A stretch of DNA of 62,924 nucleotides, filler included, from Octopus bimaculoides (Eukaryota), in the NCBI RefSeq assembly GCF_001194135.2. It is 9 parts of 9 records of this genome, joined end to end, with 100 filler letters (N's around TTAATTAATTAA, not from the genome) between each part and the next. Parts side by side here need not be neighbours in the genome. Positions count along the whole stretch, not along the records: positions 44,803 to 61,761 come from NC_068991.1; positions 61,862 to 62,924 come from NW_026439376.1; 7 more parts are not named here. One strand, written 5' to 3'. Position 1 is the first letter of the stretch; each line of letters opens with the position of its first letter. The translations under genes and the position numbers were made by a program. Below the pieces are notes generated by a model. It ran no database searches. It had not been told where the DNA came from and was given only the letters and a program-made list of their open reading frames with translations. Shown one piece after another: positions 53,584 through 62,924 of this stretch.

Positions 53584-54764
53584 CAAGTAAATATCTGGGT
53601 ATATACATACACACATGCACTCACACACACACACACACACACACATACACACACACACGTGTGTGTGTGTGTGTGTATACAAGGCATAACTAGTGGTCAT
53701 TAGATATTTTTTTTATTGTAGAAAATTAATACAGTAAAAGAAAATATGTGTGATGATCATCATTTATGGTTTGTCTTGTGTATCTTTCTATCAAAAAACC
53801 AGTATAACTGGAGCACAATCATGGATTTACAATATAGAATGGTGATGAACTATAACCCTGGACGCTGCCACAAGAATATACAGAGTTCTTTACTAATCTA
53901 AACATTATGGTTAGCTTAGTGTACTAACAGAGGGCTTATAAAATTATTATGCTCGGATTGATAATCCCTCGCTGATAACTATATATCTATAAAGGTAATG
54001 AGTAGAAACACGACAGAAAGGACAAGGTTTCACACAGGTGTTATAAATTTCACTCTTGATAAGTAAAAGTAAAATGAATAAGAGGTCTTTTATATCTCGG
54101 ACATGGAGCCCTTCATAAAAAAAAAAAGAGAGAAAAAATGAGAAGGCTGGGATAAAAGAGGGAAGAGGGCTTAAGGCCGACTGGAAATATAGTTCTATGG
54201 GAAGGAGATAAGAAGAGAAAAAGAGGTTTAGTGTTGCGTGCATATAAAGGAGAATGTCTGAGTAAGGAGATAAATATGAGTGGGATGTGTGAGCGGTATG
54301 AAGTTCAAGTAATGAATGAGGATGAGTGGAATTGAGTGGGATGTTATTGTGGTGAAGGTGAGGAGGTCGTGAGGAGATGGAAAAAAGGGGAACAGTAAAG
54401 GAAATGATGTAGTAGGTAAGACAAGAAATTAAAGCAAATGCAAGCGCTGGATACGAATTACAAATGAGTAAAGTAGAAAATGATAATTGGAAAACTACAT
54501 TAGAAAGTGATATGTCGGAAGAACAGCAGTTGAGCGTGAAAGAGCGTGAAAAAGACATATAAAAGGAACGTGAATATTGAATGTATATATGTATGAGTAT
54601 ATATAACTGAGAGACAGATATTCATAGTTACATAAAAATGCATACATACACGCTGACAATTCTGCCAGCCCACCTATTAGCAATACCTTTAGAATACAGT
54701 TATTTAAAGTATTCACCACATATTCAGTGCATATTCAGAATATATTTTGAAAAGACGCAGGTAT

Positions 54765-54910
54765 GGCTGTGTGGTAACAAGCTTGCTTCACAATTACATG
54801 GTCATATGTTCAGTCTCACTACGCAGTACCTTGGTTAAGTGACTTATATTATAACCCCGAGCCGATCAAATCATTTTGTGTGAATTTGGCAGACAGAAAC
54901 CGAAAGGAGT
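54765..54910 (+). mobile_element. SINE family A, degenerate 5' half
   Basis: acgcaggtatggctgtgtggtaa head running into (TG)(TA)n. Confidence 0.65.
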
Positions 54911-54915
54911 CCATC

Positions 54916-54968
<53 letters not shown>

Positions 54969-55109
54969 TGTGTGTAGTGTTTGTGTCTATGCGTATATAA
55001 TGTTTGTGGTGGCGATATTAGCGTTAGTAGCTGCGTATACATTCCGAGTTCAAATGCCACTGAGGTCAACTTTGCCTTTTATTTTTCAGGGGTATAGCAG
55101 AGATAGCCA

Positions 55110-55560
55110 TATTCTTGACGGTGGTTATGATGGTATCGGTGGTGGTTATGGTAGTGGTAGTGATAGTGGTGTTAGTGATAGTGGCAGTTATGTAATTGGT
55201 GAGAGTGATAGTAGCGGTGGTGGTCGGCGTGGTTGTGGTAGAACGAGAGGTAGTAGTGACTCTAGTGATAATTCTACTCACGGTGTTGGTGGTGTTTATA
55301 AAGGTAGGAGTGGTTGAAGTTACGATGGTAGGAGTTGTTGCAGAGTTAGAGATAATGAGTGACTGCTGAGATACTACTGTTAGTGTCAGTGGTGGTGGTG
55401 GTGGTGATGGTAGTTATGTAGGCGGGTTTGGTAAAGATGATTGACATGATACAGTTGATGAATGCTGTTTGTTCGTGGTTGGTGGTTGGTGGTTGTAGTA
55501 GTTGTCATTGTGATGATTGGTGATAATTGTTGTGATTGCTGGCTTAACTTGTTGAGTGAA
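55110..55560. repeat. Degenerate GGT/TAG/GAT low-complexity tract (similar at 30736-31083)
   Basis: Decayed trinucleotide repeats producing spurious Gly/Ser- or Met-rich ORFs. Confidence 0.7.
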
Positions 55561-56917
55561 TGGATCGAAAAAGCGGAATGCTGGTGGTGGTAATAATGGA
55601 TAAGAGGGTTGTGAAGCAGACTTTGGCTGCCATTTGGATGACGACGACAGCGTGTGGCATTAATTTATTGATTGCATTTTTTTTCTTGTTCTCTCTCTCT
55701 CTTTTCTCTTTCTCTGTTTTATTTCCTTTCTCTCTTGGTGGCCACAAAAAGAGAAAAAAAAAAGACAAGGCAACTGCATAAGTAATAGAACTATGATACA
55801 AGAACTAAATATGCTTCAAATTAAATACGGTATACAAGGTAACAAATTGCAAACACCTCTGCATTTGTCAATATTTCAACGTTCATCGACACGTCTTTAC
55901 AAGGCTGAATATAAACGGAAAGATATCTCACGTTCTAACTTCCTATTCCAGACAAATTTTTTTGCTGAAAAGCATAAAATAGACTTCGCACACCGCATGT
56001 GCTAAATCTGAGAATGCTTGTTTCCATTTTATATACATATATATATATATAAAACATAAATAATATATAAATATATGCATATATCCATACATACATATAT
56101 ATATATATAAAANNNNNNNNNNNNNNNNNNNNNNNNNNNNNNNNNNNNNNNNNNNNNNNNNNNNNNNNNNNNNNNNNNNNNNNNNNNNNNNNNNNNNNNN
56201 NNNNNNNNNNNNNNNNNNNNNNNNNNNNNNNNNNNNNNNNNNNNNNNNNNNNNNNNNNNNNNNNNNNNNNNNNNNNNNNNNNNNNNNNNNNNNNNNNNNN
56301 NNNNNNNNNNNNNNNNNNNNNNNNNNNNNNNNNNNNNNNNNNNNNNNNNNNNNNNNNNNNNNNNNNNNNNNNNNNNNNNNNNNNNNNNNNNNNNNNNNNN
56401 NNNNNNNNNNNNNNNNNNNNNNNNNNNNNNNNNNNNNNNNNNNNNNNNNNNNNNNNNNNNNNNNNNNNNNNNNNNNNNNNNNNNNNNNNNNNNNNNNNNN
56501 NNNNNNNNNNNNNNNNNNNNNNNNNNNNNNNNNNNNNNNNNNNNNNNNNNNNNNNNNNNNNNNNNNNNNNNNNNNNNNNNNNNNNNNNNNNNNNNNNNNN
56601 NNNNNNNNNNNNNNNNNNNNNNNNNNNNNNNNNNNNNNNNNNNNNNNNNNNNNNNNNNNNNNNNNNNNNNNNNNNNNNNNNNNNNNNNNNNNNNNNNNNN
56701 NNNNNNNNNNNNNNNNNNNNNNNNNNNNNNNNNNNNNNNNNNNNNNNNNNNNNNNNNNNNNNNNNNNNNNNNNNNNNNNNNNNNNNNNNNNNNNNNNNNN
56801 NNNNNNNNNNNNTGTTCCTGTCTAATTACTGAAACAAATAAAAGATAAAAGATAATATCTATATATAGTAATAACAATAATAATCCTTGGATGGAATTTA
56901 TAAATATTCTAATCGAT

Positions 56918-57145
56918 CGCTGGCAGAATCGTTAGCACGCCGGACGAAATGCTTCGCGGTATTTCGTCTGCTGTTACGTTCTGAGTTCAAATCCCGCCGA
57001 GGTCGACTTTGCCTTTCATCCTTTCGGGGTCGATAAATTAAGTACCAGTTACGCACTGGGGTCGATGTAATCGACTTAATCCCTTTATCTGTCTTTGTTT
57101 GTCCCATCTATGTTTAGCCCCTTGTGGGCAATAAAGAAATAATCG
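56918..57145 (+). mobile_element. SINE family B with an alternative 3' tail
   Basis: Family B head and core, then ttaatccct...tttagccccttgtgggcaataaagaaataa instead of the aaatttcaggcc tail. Confidence 0.8.
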
Positions 57146-57289
57146 ATTGCTACGCGCGTTTCCACAAATCAGATGATTCTTAAGATTGATAGAGGAAATA
57201 GAGATAAAATCTAGTTTACTGTAGCCCCAGAAAACAGTGTTATGAGGGACAGCTATTTCTTGGTATTTAAGGTTACTTGTTGTAGTCAA

Positions 57290-57870
57290 ATATTAGGAAT
57301 TCTTCTTGTCCAGCAATTTAATGTGTTGTGCGTAACCGAGAATGAAGACTGGTATGACAAAATCTCTAGAGGTATTATCGAGAATGAAAACTGGTATGAC
57401 CAAATCCCAGGAAGTATTACCGAGAATGAAGACTGGTATGACAAAATCCCTGGAGCTATTACCGAGAATGAAAACTGGTATGACCAAATCCCAGGTGCTA
57501 CCAAGAATGAAGACTACAAAATCTTGTTGGTTGCAATGATTAAATGTGATCAAATGTTGGAAACCTGACAGTGTTGTGGTGAACAATAAAAAAAATTTGC
57601 ATGATAATTGACATAGCATATCCCGGTGACAACAGGACCAAAGGAAAAGACGTAAAACTGAACATCTATGGCGATTTGAAGTGGAATATACGCAGGCTGT
57701 AGGTAAGGAAAAGAGTGGACGTGATGCCAGCAGCAATTGGCGCGCCTGGAAGTATCCGCACTCAGCTACCAACATGACTCAAAAAAATTGGTGGAAATGT
57801 AAAGATAGAACACCTACAAAAGCTTAGAACTCCAAGAGTTCTCTGCAGGATTCTTGAAGATTGGCCATTA
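57290..57870 (+). mobile_element. R4/Dong-like LINE RLE fragment with an internal 42-bp tandem repeat
   Basis: NEDYKIL...IKCDQM..., PD.VVVN.KK, IIDIAYPGD.R and GALGSI-like motifs; repeats at 57335-57515. Confidence 0.75.
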
Positions 57871-57971
57871 CACAAGTGCCAAATTAGCATGCTGACTGTA
57901 GACAGCTGACACTTTCCAAAATACCCAGCAAAATAAGCTGAGAGTTTTAATCAAATGATAATAATAATAAT

Positions 57972-58160
57972 CATTTCAATTATAGGCATGAGGCCTGAAA
58001 TATTTGGGGAGGAGCTTACTCAATTACATCGATCCCAGAATTTCACTGGTACAGAATTTATCGACCCCGAAAGGATGGAAAGCAAAGTCGACCTCGGCGG
58101 AATTTGACCTCAGAACATGAAGATGGACGAAATGCCGCTCATTATCTAGCCCGGTGTGCT
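57972..58160 (-). mobile_element. SINE family B
   Basis: Reverse complement of the core, with an (AAT)n side at 57958-57972. Confidence 0.8.
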
Positions 58161-59297
58161 GAAGTTTTTGAATACTACTACTCTTACTATTGCTACTGGT
58201 TCAGGAATCGAAACAGCGTTTTCGTAATTGTGAGTCCAATGTACATCTACTTAGCCAGGAGTGCTCACTCTATAGATACACTCATACATATGTACATGTA
58301 TTACAAACACACACACAGGCACACACACACACACACACACATATAAAACAGATGTCCGTGTGTCTGTTTGTGTGTGTGTATGCTCTCTACGTATTTCCAC
58401 ATTTTCAACCAATTTCTCTCAAACTTGACACACTGATAGCTTATATTCCAAGGGTGGTCATGATTTACTTTATATTTTCCAGACACCCCACGTATAACCA
58501 AAAACAGCGAATAACTGTTCAGAAAACCAGTTTTTTACCCTAGTTTTTCGAGTGGTTTCCTCTAAATTTGACATGAACATGCCAGTAAGCAGTATCGTAA
58601 AACGTGCTAACGATTCTGCCAGCTCGCCACCTTCGACCTTAAAACTAATGTGGATTGAATATGGCACGAACATACACACAGCAAAACATGTATACAAAAG
58701 GTAAGTTCAAACTAAAAATTATTTTAGGTAAATTAATCACAATGGGCTTACGAATATATTGAGGAAAAACAAATTGAAGACTGAAATAAATAAGAAAAAA
58801 AAACACAAGTCGATACAAAAGCAAGGCTACATGAACAGATAATAAGATACACAAAGAAATGTACTTCATAAATAGAATGAAAAAATATTACATTCAAAAT
58901 TATGACGAATTCTAAAGTAAACAGAGATGGGGAAATTTATTAAACAGTTACTTTTTAGTTATTATCTAGTTAAATCCAGATAATATATAATATATATATT
59001 TAAATAGATATATATGCATACACACACACACACACACACACATTGATACATATTCATATACATACATAAGANNNNNNNNNNNNNNNNNNNNNNNNNNNNN
59101 NNNNNNNNNNNNNNNNNNNNNNNNNNNNNNNNNNNNNNNNNNNNNNNNNNNNNNNNNNNNNNNNNNNNNNNNNNNNNNNNNNNNNNNNNNNNNNNNNNNN
59201 NNNNNNNNNNNNNNNNNNNNNNNNNNNNNNNNNNNNNNNNNNNNNNNNNNNNNNNNNNNNNNNNNNNNNNNNNNNNNNNNNNNNNNNNNNNNNNNNN

Positions 59298-59350
<53 letters not shown>

Positions 59351-60458
59351 TGGTGTAATTATATGTGCATGTGTATATTCTTAAAGGTATATAGTTTTTA
59401 CGAATAGTTAATCTAACAAGATATATATTATTGACTAAAAAAATAAACAGATTCTTTCAATTCTTCGGGGACAAAAGAAAGGAAACAATGATTTACTGTA
59501 AAAATATGTGAAATCATCACCAAGAGACAATATCTTAGCAGTTAATTGCTATACAGGCCTAGCTCATGTGCTTCTGTTGTGTTACTCTTTTTATTAACGA
59601 TCCAGTTACTTAAAGAGTTGGGTGCACGTGTGAGTATACCATCATCATAGCATGTGCTTTTGCGCGTGTTGTATGTGCCATACAACCACGGTTTTTTCTT
59701 TACTTTTACTGTGAAAAGAGATCCAAGATTGAGCAGAAATTTGTGCTCCACAGTACCATGCCAGCCCATTGCATGTCGGTATAGATCAGCATCGATTAGC
59801 ATTAAACTGCGGAAAGGGTTACATGCGCATGTGTGCCAAACGAGTAAAAAGCAAAAAAAAAAATCTTTTTTTTCCAAAAGTAATTTTTATGTGTATTTTC
59901 AATTTAGAAATTATAATAGTTGTTATTCTCTCGCACAGTAAGATTTACAATGTCATTTTCGGAAAGTACCCGTAAAACATACACATTCTCTTACATCCGG
60001 CATGGGTATAAATTCGTAGATTCTTGCATTCTTGCTGCCAAACGATTGTATAAATGGAGAAAAGCGCTCTTCAGTCTAGAGCTGGTTGAAGTGTCACTTC
60101 TTTTCTGTGCATAATCATCATAGCCATCATCATTATTGTCGTCGTGGTTGCCGTCCAACATATCTAATAATAATGGAGAGGCAGAAAACTTCTTAATCGC
60201 TGTATAACTCTTTCATTTGCGAATTGATTTCTCCCATCGGTAAGCGTCGCTTACGTCTTGGCGCATTTGACGAAGTAGACGCTCGAACATTAATCGATGT
60301 CTGTTAACCACGTAAAATTTTAGAAACATCTATCGGTGATGCCCATTGTTATGTAATGAAACATCTGTTGATGATATCCGCCGTTTAAGGGATAATTTGA
60401 CGCAACTATCGATGCCAGAATGAAGAAAAACAAATTTGACAAAGAACCAGATCATATA

Positions 60459-61735
60459 TAACGAGGGTGGGTTGAAATGTTCATAGCCTGACTTTGAAGG
60501 AATGATGCTAGAGTCGCGAAGTCTTGTATACATTAATTTCAGCTCTCCTTATCAACAACCACATTGTTTCTTTTCGGGTAAACTGACATCTGACTGTTCA
60601 AAGAAAGTAACTAGTATCAATGTTTTTTAAACTGACAAAATTTGGCATTGCAGTGTTATCAAATGCCTGGAGAAAAATCTTTAGCTCCCAACGACATTCA
60701 TGCTGATGTTTGCTACATTAGGGAATGACGGCCCAACTCTATCAACAGTGCAAGAGTGGGCAGCTGAATTTAAGAGGGAAAGATAAATTCGGGAAGATGA
60801 CCCAACGTTTGGACGTCTTGAAACTGCTACTACGGAGAAAACATTGATTGTGTTCACCACATGATGACGAATAACAGACGATTGACAATAACTCAGTAGG
60901 CAATGCTATCAGCATAATCCATGAGAGACGTGAGAATATTCTGCGCAATGAGTTTCACATGGCAAAGTTTTCTGCTCGGTAGGTGTCACGTCTTCAGACA
61001 CCTGATCAAAAGCGCACCTGACTGACCACATCACCAGAAAATCTGCCATTATTTAAGTTCAAGCAGATCCACTGGTTTTCTTGAATGTTTCCCAACCTAG
61101 GATGAGTGTTGGCTTCAACACTTTGAGACAGAGATAAAGAGACGATCCATGCAATGGGAACACTCCACCACATCTGCTCCAAAGAAGGTCAAGGTCGTTT
61201 CATCTGCAAAGAAGGTGATGGGATCTGTTTTTGGGATGCAAAAGGTATTGTATTTATTGGATATTTTCAGAAGGGCCACATCATCAATGGTGAGTACTCT
61301 GCCAACTTGCTAAGGCTGTTTCAAAAGCTATCAAAACCAAACGCCCAGGCAAACTGATGCAAGAGGCCTTGTTTCGTCAGAACAATTCTCCAGCACACAC
61401 GTCATTGGTTTCAATGGCTGCTGTGAGTGATGATGGCTTTGAACTAGTTGATCACTCAGCCCGTTCTCCTGATTTGGCCCCATCTGACTATCATCTTTTC
61501 CCTAACAAGAAAAAACACTTGGTTGAGAATCAGTATCGCATTGACGATGACTTCATATCTGCTGTTGATGACATTTTTGAGCGTCAGGACTAACGCTTCT
61601 TGACCAATAGGATTCAAGTACTGAAACATCGATGGAAGAAGCGTATGGACTGCAGTGGGAGTTATGTTTAAATATAAACCTCATTTGGTCACATTTCATG
61701 AGAGTATTTTGGTCAGCCTATGAATTTTTCAGCAA
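60459..61735 (+). mobile_element. Near full-length degenerate mariner (D,D34D) with imperfect TIRs
   Basis: TIRs gttgaaatgttcatagcctgac / gtcagcctatgaatttttcagc. Motifs DECWLQHF, KVMGSVFWDAKGIVF, QNNSPAH, SPDLAPSDYHLFP. Confidence 0.9.
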
Positions 61736-61861
61736 TACATACATACATACATATGTATATANNNNNNNNNNNNNNNNNNNNNNNNNNNNNNNNNNNNNNN
61801 NNNNNTTAATTAATTAANNNNNNNNNNNNNNNNNNNNNNNNNNNNNNNNNNNNNNNNNNNN

Positions 61862-62240
61862 GCTGCGAGGTAGGTTCATCTGGGACTCTCGACAGGAAGA
61901 GGTCCAGCTTTTATTTGAAAACCCCTACATCTACTTTGTGCAGGTTCCTCAGGCTCTTTGGAAGAATATTAAAAAGCTGTGGGCCCCTGAAACCCAAACT
62001 GTTGCAGTAACTGGTCCTGAAGCGCGATGGCAGTCCTGGGATCTTTGGCACTATGCAGTGTCATCCCGTTCTAGCATTGGTGTAGCTTTCAATGCCAATA
62101 TTTGGCACAATTCCTTCCAGGATCTTCCAGATGTATATTACTGCATACCTCTCCCGCCTTCTCTCCAGGGAGTAGAGTCTTAGCTGTTTCAGCCTTTCCC
62201 AGTAGCTGACCAGTTGCAAAGAGACAATCTTCTTTGTGAA
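61862..62240 (-). mobile_element. CR1/L2-group LINE C-terminal fragment (same family as 22844-24230)
   Basis: YWERLKQLRLYSLERRRERYAVIYIWKILEG...YCNSLGFRGPQLFN.LP. Confidence 0.85.
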
Positions 62241-62344
62241 TCTTCTCAATATATATATTGATTTATATATATTTATTTATCTATATATAATTATTAATCT
62301 ATATATTTATTTATATATATATATTTATTTATATATATTTATAT

Positions 62345-62740
62345 AGGCGCAGGAGTGGCCGTGTGGATAGTAGCTTGCTTACCAACCACATGGTCTCGGG
62401 TTCAGTCCCACTGCGTAGCATCTTGGGCAAGTGTCTTCTACTATAGCCTCAGGCCGACCAAAGCCTTGTGAGTGGATTTGGTAGACGGAAACTGAAAGAA
62501 GCCCGTCGTATATATGTATGTATGTGTGTGTATATGTTTGCGTGTCTGTGTTTGTCCCCCCAACATTGCTTCACAACCGATGCTGGTGTGTTTAGGTCCC
62601 TGTAACTTAGCGGTTCGACAAAAGAGACCGATAGAATAAGTACTAGGCTTACAAAAAATAAGCTCTGGGGTCGATTTGATTTGACTAAAAGGCGATGCTC
62701 CAGCATGGCCGCAGTCAAATGACTGAAACAAGTAAAAGAT
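62345..62740 (+). mobile_element. SINE family A, full-length reference copy
   Basis: ggcgcaggagtggccgtgtgg (A box), ggttcagtccc (B box), internal (TA/TG)n, and 3' gactgaaacaagtaaaaga; lies in a TA-rich flank. Confidence 0.9.
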
Positions 62741-62891
62741 ATATGTATATCTATTTATATATATATTTATTTATATATATATTTGTATATATATATTAAT
62801 TTTTATATAGGTTTATTTATGTATATTTATCTATATATATATTTATTTATATATATATATTTATACATATATAATTATATATATATATATA

Positions 62892-62924
<33 letters not shown>

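Noticed and set aside
54880-55317. Gly/Ser-rich 145-aa ORF (also the Met-rich ORF at 30736-31083)
   Set aside because: Translation of decayed trinucleotide microsatellites and SINE fragments.
57242-57568. 108-aa repeat-protein ORF (TENEDWYDKIPG...)
   Set aside because: The repeat derives from a decayed R4/Dong-like LINE; no independent gene signals.

Overview
AT-rich, microsatellite-dense animal genomic DNA with many N gaps. The repeat families and (TA)n/(CA)n/(TACA)n load point to an octopus-type coleoid cephalopod assembly; this is inferred, not database-checked. The window is not contiguous: eight 100-bp spacers (44 N + TTAATTAATTAA + 44 N) join nine separate small scaffolds. One host gene is supportable, the 5' part of a minus-strand ZCCHC7/Air1-like zinc-knuckle gene (coding exons 14309-14269, 12545-12400, 10126-10064, 7565-7462; phases chain correctly into 118 codons), cut off by a scaffold end. 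The rest is transposon debris: several Tc1/mariner lineages, R4/Dong-like RLE LINE fragments in (TAA)n arrays, CR1/L2-group and RTE LINE fragments, a Helitron 3' end, a Penelope-like terminus with a hammerhead-like motif, and at least four tRNA-headed SINE families (labelled A-D here). Almost all long ORFs in the supplied track are microsatellite or N-gap artefacts. I found no convincing new multi-gene system. The most unusual items are a tandem array of about 8 SINE 5' halves, a nest of TAA-targeting LINEs, a 94%-identical inverted SINE pair, and a 42/84-bp higher-order repeat inside a LINE.
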